Below are positions 37,675-46,910 of a stretch of 64,000 nucleotides of DNA, piece by piece (positions within the stretch are counted from its first letter, which is position 1; the number at the start of each line of letters is the position of its first letter). A program made the translations under genes and the position numbers. The notes under the pieces are model-generated. The model saw nothing but the letters and a program-made list of their open reading frames with translations, made no database searches and was not told where the DNA came from. This DNA is from Planctomycetota bacterium (GTDB lineage: Bacteria; Planctomycetota; UBA1135; UBA2386), in contig JBKAGP010000001.1 of NCBI GenBank assembly GCA_046290465.1, forward strand, positions 4,032,001 through 4,096,000. The letters are read 5' to 3'.

Positions 37675-40638
37675 TCACCGGCGCACGGGCAGCAGCTTGA
37701 GGCCTTCGATCGGAACCGTGCCGACGTCGACGAAGCCGCAGTCGAACGTGCCGCGCTCGCGACCTTCGTAGCCGATCATCAGCTCGGCGCGGAAGCGGCC
37801 TGCGGTCAGGTCGTCGGTCGAGAAGCTGCCGTCGTCGCCGATGCCATCGCCCCCGGCGCGCCGCTCCTTGCTCGGGTCGGCGGGGTCGATGCGATAGAAG
37901 GTCAGGTAGCGCCAGCGGCCCTTGTCCTCGATCGCCGACAGGTCGACGGTGCCGCGCACCATCAGCTTGGCCTTGAGCTGGATGCGCAGGCCGGTCGCCG
38001 GCGCCGACGAACGCACCTCGAGGTTGTCGACGCGCGCCTCGTAGCGGCCGTCGTCGGTGCCGCCCTCGGCGCGGATCGTCCAGATGCCCTCGGCGACGTC
38101 CTCGAACCGGAACGTGCCGTCGTCGTTGGTCGAGCCGAACTTGCGCGCCCGGCCGTCGCGGCCGTTCTCGCCGAGGTTGGCCTCCGCGCGCAGGAAGATC
38201 TTGCCGGCGGGGCTGCCGTCCGGCAGGTAGACGGTGCCGCTGATCGTCGACGTGTAGATGTCGACGGTCAGTTCGCGCGGCTCTCCCTCCGCGAGTTCGA
38301 CGTTCTCCGAGTAGAGGCTCTGGCCCGGCCCGACGAACAGGCCGCCCTCGCCGCCGATCACCGACACCGTGCCGCGACCGGCCGAGACGATGCCGAGATC
38401 GAAGCGGCCGCGGTCGTCGACCTCGCCGGCGAAGCGGTTGCCGTTGATGCGCGCGACGACCGTGTAGCCGCTGGCGACGCGACCGTTGACGGTCACCGAT
38501 CCGGTCAGGTTGGCGGTCGGACCTTCGAGCGGCTTGTCGCCGACCTCGAGGCGGACCTCGGCGGTCGCGCCCGAGACGACCTCGACGCGCTCGTCCGGCA
38601 CGTTGGAGTCGATGTACATCGCCTGCGCGATCTCGAAGATCGCACCGGGCGAACGCAGCGTGTCGAGCGACTTGACCGCGCCGACCCAGTACTCACCGGG
38701 CTGCAGGTTGCGCACCTCGAACGTGCCGTCGAGGCCGGCCGTGATCATCTGCGGCACGCCTTCGAGCGGTCCGCGCGGGCCGCCGCTGCGGCGCCGCATC
38801 AGCGCGACAGTGAACTTGCCGGGCAGCGGCGCCTTGCCGTTCTCGCTGAGCACGCCGCGCAGCGTGCCGGGCTCGACCAGCGTCAGCACGACTTCCTGGT
38901 CCCGCTCGACCTCTCCGTGCACGACACCCCAGCGCGGGTGCTCGGCGCTGACGCGCAGGCTCGAGGCCTGCACCTGGTCGATCTGCTTGACGCCATTCTC
39001 GTCGGTGCGGCCGCAGTTGACCGGCATCTCGACGACCCGGTCCCCGCGCGCCTCGGCGAAGATCGCGACGTTCTTGATCGGCAGCTGGTCCTGGTTGACG
39101 ACGCGAACGGTGAAGCGGTCGGGCGCCTTCAGCTTGACGACGACCGACGCGTCCTTCTCGCTGAGGTCGAACACCGCCGAACCGTTGGCCTGGCCTTCGA
39201 CCATCGCCAACACCGTGTAGGTGCCCTTGTGCAGGTCGGTGATCTGCCACTGGCCGTCGTCGATGCGCTTCATGCGACCGTCGAGCTGGACCGGCGGGGC
39301 GAACCCGAGCAGGTATCGCTCGGCCGCGCCGTCGCCCTTGCGTCCGCGCAGCAGGCGGAACTCGGCCTGCTCGGCGGGCGAACCGTCGGCCGTCTCGACC
39401 GTGACGGTCGCCGAGTACATCGCCGGCAGCGTGACGATCACGTCGTTGTTGATCGACTGCGGCTCGGCCACGACCCAGGCGTGCTTCGGCGAACGGCGCG
39501 CGGCGACGGTCACCTTGCCGGGAGAGAACCCGGTGCCGTCGATCTCGCCGTCGGCATTGGTCTCGCCGAGCATCTGCGCGAGGTCCAACGGCGCGAACGG
39601 CAGCGTCGAGCCGGCCGCGACCTCGGCGCCCGCGATCGGGTCGCCCTTCTCGTCGAGCACCTTGGCGTAGAGCTCCTCGCCGAGCCGCATGCCGATGCGC
39701 CCGACGTTCTTCTCCTGGCCGGCGCGCACCAGCACGCTGTCCTTGACGTGCGACAGGTAGCTCTTGGCGGTGACCGCAAGCATGTTGCTGCCGGGCATCA
39801 CGCCGACCAGCCGGAAGCTGCCGTCGGCGGCCGAGCGCGTCGTCGGGATCGGGAACTCGTCGAAGATGCGCTTCACCCACGGCGGCATCGGCAGCACGTG
39901 CACCGGCGCGCGCGGTTCGCGGATCAGGATCGCGCCCTCGGGGTCGAAGCGCTCGGCCGGGAAGAACCGCGCCAGCGCGCCAGGGATGTCGGCCGCGCGC
40001 ACCAGCGCTCCCGGCATCGGGTTGCCGTCGGCGTCGAGCACGATGCCGGTGATGACACCGGCGTCGTTGAGCACGACGTCGCCGAGGTCGACGATCTCGC
40101 CGGGCGACGGCGTCTTGGTCAGCACCATGTGCGTCGGCGCGTCGGTGCCGATGCCGGCGAACATCAGGTAGACGCCGCGCGGCCACACGCCGGTGATCTC
40201 GAAGCGGCCGTCGTCGCCGGTCTGCGCCTCGCCGGCGACCAGCTGCGGTTCGAACTCGGGGGCGTCTCCGAACAGATCGCCCTGGATCTGCAGCACCGAG
40301 TCCATCGCGCCGCGATAGATGCGCACGCCAGTGGCCGGCACCGGCGCCTTCTTGTGGTCGACGACGCGGCCGCGGAAGCCACACAGGCCGGCGCGGATGT
40401 CCGGATCGTCGAGCAGCGGGTTACCGCGCGTCGTCACCGCCTCGCGCACGATCGTGTCGCCGGCCGGGTCGACCTCGGCCTTGGCGGCCAGTTGCTCGGC
40501 GTCGACCGGGCCTTCGATCTCGGGCTGGGTGCCGGGCCCCGGCGGCGGGGGTGCGGCCGAGCCGCCGAGCAGCCACCAGAGGCCGCCGGCGATTGCGGCG
40601 AGGAGGAGGATCAGGGCAAAGACGAGCGAACGCTGCAT
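37675..40638 (-). CDS. Large membrane-anchored carboxypeptidase-regulatory-like repeat protein
   Basis: N-terminal TM; repeated GxVxDxxGxPxxGAxV...TxxDGxF units. Confidence 0.85.
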   Translation of the reverse strand: MQRSLVFALILLLAAIAGGLWWLLGGSAAPPPPGPGTQPEIEGPVDAEQLAAKAEVDPAGDTIVREAVTTRGNPLLDDPDIRAGLCGFRGRVVDHKKAPVPATGVRIYRGAMDSVLQIQGDLFGDAPEFEPQLVAGEAQTGDDGRFEITGVWPRGVYLMFAGIGTDAPTHMVLTKTPSPGEIVDLGDVVLNDAGVITGIVLDADGNPMPGALVRAADIPGALARFFPAERFDPEGAILIREPRAPVHVLPMPPWVKRIFDEFPIPTTRSAADGSFRLVGVMPGSNMLAVTAKSYLSHVKDSVLVRAGQEKNVGRIGMRLGEELYAKVLDEKGDPIAGAEVAAGSTLPFAPLDLAQMLGETNADGEIDGTGFSPGKVTVAARRSPKHAWVVAEPQSINNDVIVTLPAMYSATVTVETADGSPAEQAEFRLLRGRKGDGAAERYLLGFAPPVQLDGRMKRIDDGQWQITDLHKGTYTVLAMVEGQANGSAVFDLSEKDASVVVKLKAPDRFTVRVVNQDQLPIKNVAIFAEARGDRVVEMPVNCGRTDENGVKQIDQVQASSLRVSAEHPRWGVVHGEVERDQEVVLTLVEPGTLRGVLSENGKAPLPGKFTVALMRRRSGGPRGPLEGVPQMITAGLDGTFEVRNLQPGEYWVGAVKSLDTLRSPGAIFEIAQAMYIDSNVPDERVEVVSGATAEVRLEVGDKPLEGPTANLTGSVTVNGRVASGYTVVARINGNRFAGEVDDRGRFDLGIVSAGRGTVSVIGGEGGLFVGPGQSLYSENVELAEGEPRELTVDIYTSTISGTVYLPDGSPAGKIFLRAEANLGENGRDGRARKFGSTNDDGTFRFEDVAEGIWTIRAEGGTDDGRYEARVDNLEVRSSAPATGLRIQLKAKLMVRGTVDLSAIEDKGRWRYLTFYRIDPADPSKERRAGGDGIGDDGSFSTDDLTAGRFRAELMIGYEGRERGTFDCGFVDVGTVPIEGLKLLPVRR

Positions 40639-40725
40639 GGCAACTCCGAGGGGGACCTGGCTGCTGTGGCCGAACCGTTCCCGATCCTGCCGCAATTCGT
40701 GGCCCGGTGGGCAGAACGGCGCCGA

Positions 40726-41271
40726 TCAGCCGGGACGGCGAGCCCGCCACATCGCGATGCTGGCCAGCACGATCGCGTGGTCGATCTCGCCGCGCCGGAC
40801 CAGGTCGTCGAGTTCGGCTTCGGGCACCTTGACGACCTCGAGATCCTCACCGAGATCCTGCTGCAGTTCGCCGACGTGGGTGCAGCCGCTGGCCAGGAAC
40901 ACGTGGCAGCGGTTGCTCATCATCGCGGGGTTGGGGTTGTTGTCGCCGAGCGCGATCCACTCGGCAGCCTCGTGGCCGGTCTCCTCGCGCAGCTCGCGCA
41001 CGGCGGCCTGCAGCGGGTCGGTCTCGTGCGGGTCGATCAGGCCGCCGGGCAGTTCGAGGGAGACGCGTTCGCTGCCGTGGCGCCACTGCCGCACGAAGAT
41101 CAGTTCGCCGGCGGCGGTGACCGGCACGATGTTGACCCAGTCGGGCGTGTCGATCAGGAAGAACGGGATCTCGACGCCCGTGCGCGGCGAGCGCTGCCGC
41201 GAGCGGCGCACGGTGAACACGAGGTGGCGCGCGAGGATCTCGTCGCCGAGCTTCTCCCAGGGTCTGGTCAT
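40726..41271 (-). CDS. NUDIX hydrolase (ADP-ribose pyrophosphatase-like)
   Basis: ELPGGLID...AAVRELREETG Nudix box. Confidence 0.9.
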   Translation of the reverse strand: MTRPWEKLGDEILARHLVFTVRRSRQRSPRTGVEIPFFLIDTPDWVNIVPVTAAGELIFVRQWRHGSERVSLELPGGLIDPHETDPLQAAVRELREETGHEAAEWIALGDNNPNPAMMSNRCHVFLASGCTHVGELQQDLGEDLEVVKVPEAELDDLVRRGEIDHAIVLASIAMWRARRPG

Positions 41272-42926
41272 CGTCCGAGTTCGAGTCCCTTGACCCGCTG
41301 GCCGGCGACCGCGGTCACCGACAGCGAACGGTCGGACTGGTCGTTGAGGGTGAGCGTGCCGGCTCCGAAGTTGGTCGTCTCGAGCACGAACGCGCCCGCC
41401 GAGTCGGTGGTCGTCACGTCGGTCAGCTCGAGCGTGCCGCCTTCGAGCACGCGGCGGCCCGGCATGCCGGTCGCGGTCGACTGGTTCGCGGGCCGCCAGC
41501 GCACGGATGCGTTGGCGAGCGGAAAGCCGTTGGCCCCGAAGGCCACGCCTTCGATCGTCGCGGTCAGACCGTGCTCGACGCGCACTTCGGTGAGCGCCGG
41601 CAGCAGGTCGTAGTTGGCGAACGCCGCACCCGGATCGACCAGCTCGGCGTAGGTGACGTGCCGCGGCGCCTGCACGATCAGGCGCGCCGCGATGCTGCCG
41701 GCCGCCTGCAGCTCGAAGGTCCCGTCGGCGGCCGTTCGCGCGGTGATCGCGCCACCGCCGGCGACCTGCCAGATCAGCGTCGCGCCGGCGATCGGCTGCA
41801 GGCCCGGCCGCGATCTCACGCAACCGCGCAGCGGGGTGCGCTGCAGCGGCTCGAGCCGGATCCGCTGGTCGTCGGACGGGACCGCGACACGCTCGACGGC
41901 GACCGGCTTGTGCACGGCATGGCGGACCAGCAGCGTGCGCGGGCCGCGCGGCAGCGGACCGATCGTGAACACGCCGTCGTCCCCGGTTGTCGCCTCGAGG
42001 CCGAGCGGATCGCCGCCCTGGATCGTGACGTTGGCAGCCGCGAGCGGCGCGCTGGCGGTGTCCATCACCACGCCGCTGACGAAGGCGCCGGCGACCATGC
42101 GCACGACCTGCACCGGCGGCTCCGGCCCGAGGCGGACGTCGACGTCCATGGTCGCGACCAGACCGGTCGTGGTCGCCGCCTCGAGCCGGTAGGCGCCCGA
42201 CGCGACGAAGCGAACCGCCAGCGCTGCGTCGGTCGCGTGGTAGACGTGGCGGTCCTCTGCGCCTGCGTGCACGTGCTGGTCGCGGCTGACTTCCTTCGCG
42301 GCCATCATCAGGTGCTCGGACCAGGCGCGCAGCTCGATCTGGTCGAGCGTCGAGACCCGCACGTTGTCGACCAGCTGCGCGTCCGGCGCCGGGCGCAACC
42401 GCACCGACACGTCGGCCACCGGGTCGCCGGCGGCATCGACGAACGCGAAGCGACGCACCGTGGACCAGGCGTCGGTGAGCATGCGCACGACCAGCGGATT
42501 CTGTTCGTCGCTGCCGAGCCGCGCCGGCGCCAGCCGCATCAGGTAGCCATCGCGGACCACGGCCAGCTGCGCCGCCTCTCCGAGCGGCACGAGCGCGATG
42601 CCCTGCTCGTCGGTGAACGCGAGGTCGGCGCCGGTCAGCAGCCGCCGCACGATCGCGCCTGGGACCGGACGTTCGCTGCGGTGGTCGATCACCCGGAGGC
42701 AGACGGTCGGCCGATCGGCCAGCTCGCCGGGATCGATCTCGACGGCATCACGGTTGGTCGCGACGACGCCCTCGGGCAACTCGCCGACGGCTTCCCGTTG
42801 GCCGTCGCCTGCCGACGAGACGTCGCCACCGCCCGGCGGCAGCGACGTTTCGGAACCCGACTGCATCAGCCAGTAGCCGGCGCCTGCCAGCACGAGCAAC
42901 GTCAACAGCAACAGCGCGGCACGCAT
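41268..42926 (-). CDS. Membrane-anchored carboxypeptidase-regulatory-like repeat protein
   Basis: N-terminal TM; TDEQG, TGDDGVF, TAADGTF, TDSAGAF units. Confidence 0.8.
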   Translation of the reverse strand: MRAALLLLTLLVLAGAGYWLMQSGSETSLPPGGGDVSSAGDGQREAVGELPEGVVATNRDAVEIDPGELADRPTVCLRVIDHRSERPVPGAIVRRLLTGADLAFTDEQGIALVPLGEAAQLAVVRDGYLMRLAPARLGSDEQNPLVVRMLTDAWSTVRRFAFVDAAGDPVADVSVRLRPAPDAQLVDNVRVSTLDQIELRAWSEHLMMAAKEVSRDQHVHAGAEDRHVYHATDAALAVRFVASGAYRLEAATTTGLVATMDVDVRLGPEPPVQVVRMVAGAFVSGVVMDTASAPLAAANVTIQGGDPLGLEATTGDDGVFTIGPLPRGPRTLLVRHAVHKPVAVERVAVPSDDQRIRLEPLQRTPLRGCVRSRPGLQPIAGATLIWQVAGGGAITARTAADGTFELQAAGSIAARLIVQAPRHVTYAELVDPGAAFANYDLLPALTEVRVEHGLTATIEGVAFGANGFPLANASVRWRPANQSTATGMPGRRVLEGGTLELTDVTTTDSAGAFVLETTNFGAGTLTLNDQSDRSLSVTAVAGQRVKGLELGR

Positions 42927-42967
42927 CACAGGCGCGCGAGCATACCGCGGCCTATGATCCTCGACGC

Positions 42968-44590
42968 ATGTCCTCGACGAACGCACGGATGCACCCGCTG
43001 CTCGCCGCCCTGCTGTGGATCCCCTGGGGCATCCTGCTCGCGCTGGCGCTGTGCGCCGTCGTGTGGTTCGTGTATGCGGTCAGCCAGCGCCTCTTGTATC
43101 CGCACGAGCTCGAGTGGATGGAGGGCGCGCTCGCCGACCACGCCTCGCGGGTCGCCGACGGCCTGCCGCTCTACTGCGAGCCGACCGCGGAGCACGTGCC
43201 GTTCCTCTACTCGCCGCTGCTGTTCTGGCTCGGCGCGCTCGGCATGAAGCTGGGCATCGACGGCATCGTCGCGCTGCGGCTGGTCGCCGTCGGGTTCTCG
43301 GTCAGCAGCGCGATGCTGATCGGCCACTGGGTGCGCGTCGAGTCCAGGCAGCTGGTGCCCGGCTTGGTCGCGACCGGCATGTTCCTCGCGGGCTACGGCT
43401 GGCTGGCGTGGTGGTTCGACCTGGCGCGCAACGACTCGCTGTTCGTGTTCTTGTCGCTGTCGACCGCCTACCAGCTGCGCCACGGCGGCGAACGGCGCTG
43501 GCTGTGGGCCGGCCTGCTGGCCGCGGTCGCGCTGCTCGCCAAGCAGTCCGCGCTGATGTGGCTGCCGGCCGTCGGCGTCGGCTGCCTGTGCTGGAACTGG
43601 CGCGTCGCGGTGAAGTTCGGCGTGACCAGCGCGGTCGCGATGGCCGCGTCGGTCGGTGCGCTGCACCTGGTGTCCGACGGCTGGTCGACGTTCTACCTGT
43701 TCGAGATGCCGAGCCACCACGGCATCGTCGGTGACCGCAAGCTCGGCTTCTGGACCGAGGACCTGGTGCCGATCGTGCCGCTGCTGGTTCTCTCCCTGCT
43801 GGGCTTCGTCGGCTACGTGCGCTTCCGACCGCGGGAGGCGCTGTTCTTCGCGTCGGTCGGTGCCGGCAGCCTCGTGACCTCGTATCTGTCGCGCATGCAC
43901 GTCGGCGGCTTCGACAACGTGATGATGTACGTGTTTGCCGGCGCCTGCCTGCTGGGCGCCTCGGCGAACGGCGGGCTCGCCCGCCACCGCGTCGACGTGC
44001 TCTGGCTGCGCGTGCTCGCGCCGCTGCTGCTGCTCGGCCAGTTTGGCTGGCTCGGCTACGAGGCATGGCATCGCGGCACGTCGACGCTGCTGCCGTCCGA
44101 CGCGCATCGCAAGGCGCACGACGAGCTGCGCACGCTGGTCGAACGGCAGGACGGTCCGGTGTGGATCCCGGCCCACGGCCACATCGCCTACCGCGCGGGC
44201 AAGGGCACCGGCGCGCACGGCCAGGCGATCTTCGACGTCATGCAGCTGCTGCCGAAGTTGCCCAACGGCATGTTCGACCTGGCCGCGCTGACCGACGACG
44301 CCAAGCTCGCGCACCTGCCCGAACGCGGCCGGCTCGCGCTGCACGCCGTCATGACCAACACGACCGAGGCCTTGGCCGAGCGCCACTTCGCCGCGCTGGT
44401 GATCGACGAGATCGGCGCCGGCGTCTTTCCGGTGCTGTTCGCCGCCGGCCTGGTCGGCCCCGACGGCCGCTTCGGAACCGCCGACGACCCCTACGTCCGC
44501 CGCCCCGGCCCCGCCATCGCGAACCCCACCGCGATCAAGCCCCTGCTCGGCTTCGACGTGCACACCCCCTACCTGATGCAGCGAAAGTAG
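42968..44590 (+). CDS. ArnT/GT-C-like membrane glycosyltransferase
   Basis: YPHELEWMEG, YSPLLFW, LARNDSL, LAKQS; multi-TM. Confidence 0.75.
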   Translation: MSSTNARMHPLLAALLWIPWGILLALALCAVVWFVYAVSQRLLYPHELEWMEGALADHASRVADGLPLYCEPTAEHVPFLYSPLLFWLGALGMKLGIDGIVALRLVAVGFSVSSAMLIGHWVRVESRQLVPGLVATGMFLAGYGWLAWWFDLARNDSLFVFLSLSTAYQLRHGGERRWLWAGLLAAVALLAKQSALMWLPAVGVGCLCWNWRVAVKFGVTSAVAMAASVGALHLVSDGWSTFYLFEMPSHHGIVGDRKLGFWTEDLVPIVPLLVLSLLGFVGYVRFRPREALFFASVGAGSLVTSYLSRMHVGGFDNVMMYVFAGACLLGASANGGLARHRVDVLWLRVLAPLLLLGQFGWLGYEAWHRGTSTLLPSDAHRKAHDELRTLVERQDGPVWIPAHGHIAYRAGKGTGAHGQAIFDVMQLLPKLPNGMFDLAALTDDAKLAHLPERGRLALHAVMTNTTEALAERHFAALVIDEIGAGVFPVLFAAGLVGPDGRFGTADDPYVRRPGPAIANPTAIKPLLGFDVHTPYLMQRK

Positions 44591-44676
44591 CGGTACGGTT
44601 CGCGGTTCATCCTCCAACGTTCGCGGGCGCGAGCGCCCGCGAACGTTGGAGGATGAACCGCGATCGTACCGCTACT
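44584..44676. repeat. Long palindrome (REPIN-like), GTAG...CTAC
   Basis: Perfect 31-bp arms 44600-44630 and 44633-44663 with GA loop, extended by GTAGCGGTACG / CGTACCGCTAC. Confidence 0.9.
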
Positions 44677-44712
44677 TCGCGCATCCGGGGTGGGGCCGGC
44701 GAAGGGCTGCGG

Positions 44713-46293
44713 GTGGGTGCGTTCGTCGAGGCGTTGCGGCAGGTTGCGGGCGAGGAGGCCGGCGAACGGCGCTGGGTGTTCGTTCCGTATGACCAACTGC
44801 ACGATGCGATCGGGCCGCTGGCGCAGGAGCCGGCCGACGAACTCGGGATCGTGATGATCGAGAGCCGCGCCAAGGCCGGCCGCCGCCCCTACCACAAGCA
44901 GAAGCTCGCGCTCGTGCTCGCCAACATGCGGCACTTCGCGCTCGAGCAGGCCGAGCGCGGCGTCGCGGTGCGCTACGTCGATGCCGGCGACGACGACTAC
45001 GCCACGACGCTGGGCGGACTGCACGGCGAGCTCGGCACGATCGGGGTGATGCGGCCGGCGGAGCTGGAGCTGCGGCAGGAGCTGCAGCCGCTGTTCGCCA
45101 ACGGCGAGCTGGAGGAGCTGCCGCACGAAGGCTGGCTGACGACCGGGGACGACTTCGGCGCGATCAAGGGACCGCCGTGGCGCATGGACGCCTTCTACCG
45201 GCAGGTCCGCAAGCGCACCGGCATCCTGATGGAGGACGGCAAGCCGGTCGGCGGCAAGTTCAGCTTCGACGCCGACAACCGCGAACGGTGGGACGGTGAG
45301 CCGGCGGCGCCGCCGCTGCCGACGTTCGAGGTCGACGACGTCACCCGCGAGGTCTGCCAACTGGTGGAGCGCACGTTCGGCGACCACCCCGGGGAGCTGC
45401 GGCCCGAGCACCTGCCGGCGACCCGCGACGACGCCGAACGCATGTGGGCGTGGGCGCTCGACGAGTGCATGGTGCACTTCGGGCCCTACGAGGACGCGAT
45501 GTCGACGAAGTCGACCAACCTGTTCCACACGCGCGTCTCGCCGCTGCTCAGCCTGCACCGCCTGCTGCCGCAGCGCGTCGTCGACGACGTCGTCGCCGCC
45601 GACCTGCCGCTCAACAGCAAGGAGGGCTTCGTGCGCCAGGTGCTCGGCTGGCGCGAGTTCGTGCGGCACGTGCACGAGACGACCGACGGCTTCCGGGACC
45701 TGGACGACAACGTGCTGCAGGGTGACGTCGACCTGCCGCCGGTGTTCTGGGGCGGCAAGCCGTCGGGGCTGCACTGCCTCGACCGCGTCGTCGACGACGT
45801 CTGGCGCGAGGCCTACAGCCACCACATCACGCGGCTGATGATCCTCGGCAACCTCGCGACGCTGATCGGCGTGTCGCCGCGGCAGCTCAGCGACTGGTTC
45901 TGGGTCGCCTATGCCGACGCCTACGACTGGGTCGTCGAACCCAACGTGCTCGCGATGGCGACCTACGGCGTCGGCGAGCTGATGACGACCAAGCCCTACG
46001 TCGCCGGCAGCGCCTACATCGCCAAGATGAGCGACTACTGCAAGTCGTGCGCGTTCCACCCGAAGAAGACGTGCCCGATCACGCGGCTCTACTGGGCGTT
46101 CTTGTCACGCAACGCCGAACGGCTGGACGGCAACCAGCGTATCGCGATGCCGCTGCGCAGCCTCGAAAAGCGCAAGGCCGACGAGGTGAAGCTCGACGCG
46201 GCGACGGCGACGTGGGTGCGTTCGCGATTGGCGAAGGGTGACGAACTGCGCGTGGACGACGCGCCGGCGAATGCCGACGCGCGGCGCGGGTAG
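44713..46293 (+). CDS. Cryptochrome/photolyase family protein (FeS-BCP/PhrB-like)
   Basis: PYDQL, YHKQKL...MRHFA, GGKFSFDADNR, EGFVRQVLGWRE, HHITRLM, DAYDWV, TKPY, MSDYCKSC...CP; start approximate. Confidence 0.9.
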   Translation: MGAFVEALRQVAGEEAGERRWVFVPYDQLHDAIGPLAQEPADELGIVMIESRAKAGRRPYHKQKLALVLANMRHFALEQAERGVAVRYVDAGDDDYATTLGGLHGELGTIGVMRPAELELRQELQPLFANGELEELPHEGWLTTGDDFGAIKGPPWRMDAFYRQVRKRTGILMEDGKPVGGKFSFDADNRERWDGEPAAPPLPTFEVDDVTREVCQLVERTFGDHPGELRPEHLPATRDDAERMWAWALDECMVHFGPYEDAMSTKSTNLFHTRVSPLLSLHRLLPQRVVDDVVAADLPLNSKEGFVRQVLGWREFVRHVHETTDGFRDLDDNVLQGDVDLPPVFWGGKPSGLHCLDRVVDDVWREAYSHHITRLMILGNLATLIGVSPRQLSDWFWVAYADAYDWVVEPNVLAMATYGVGELMTTKPYVAGSAYIAKMSDYCKSCAFHPKKTCPITRLYWAFLSRNAERLDGNQRIAMPLRSLEKRKADEVKLDAATATWVRSRLAKGDELRVDDAPANADARRG

Positions 46294-46438
46294 ATTCGGC
46301 GGCCCCCGCGGACGCGGGGCGCGCCATGCTCCGCACGACCACCCTCCCGTGCTGCTCGCTGCGGCCGCCGCCGCACGGGTGCCGTCACACGCCTACGACC
46401 CGTTGACGAGCAGCAACGGGGATCCGCGCGGGTCGAAA

Positions 46439-46473
46439 GTTGGAGGATGAACCGCGTACCGTACGGCTACTTT
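46439..46473 (-). repeat. Single copy of the REP-like arm from 44584
   Basis: Reverse complement AAAGTAGCCGTACGGTACGCGGTTCATCCTCCAAC vs AAAGTAGCGGTACGGTTCGCGGTTCATCCTCCAAC (2 mismatches). Confidence 0.85.
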
Positions 46474-46910
46474 CAGAGGTTGGCGAGGGCGGTCTGGACG
46501 GTCTTGCCGTCGGCGAGGCCCTTGTAGCGGGACATCCACTCCTTCATGAAGCGGCCCTTGTCCTTGGGGCCCTCGAAGCCGATCTCGGCGGCGATCTCGC
46601 GGACCTTGGCGTCGACCTCGTCGGGCGTCATCTGCTTGGGCAGGTAGCCCTGGATCATCTCGATCTCCTTCTGCTCGTTGGCCGCGATCTCGTCGCGGCC
46701 GGCGGCGGTGGCCTGATCGATGGTGTCGTTGCGCGTCTTGACGGCCTTCTGCAGCACCGCGAGCTCGGCCTCGTCCGAGAGCTCGCCCTCGGCTTCGACC
46801 TTCTTCTTGATGTCGCTGATGATCATGCGCAGCACGGTGAGCTTGTCCTTCTCACCGGCCTTCATCGCCGTCTTGACGTCGGCGGTGAGCTTGTCGAGGT
46901 AGCTGCCCAT
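46473..46910 (-). CDS. GatB/YqeY domain protein
   Basis: DVKTAMKAGEK...LRMI...EIEMIQGYLPKQM...GLADGKTV. Confidence 0.9.
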   Translation of the reverse strand: MGSYLDKLTADVKTAMKAGEKDKLTVLRMIISDIKKKVEAEGELSDEAELAVLQKAVKTRNDTIDQATAAGRDEIAANEQKEIEMIQGYLPKQMTPDEVDAKVREIAAEIGFEGPKDKGRFMKEWMSRYKGLADGKTVQTALANL

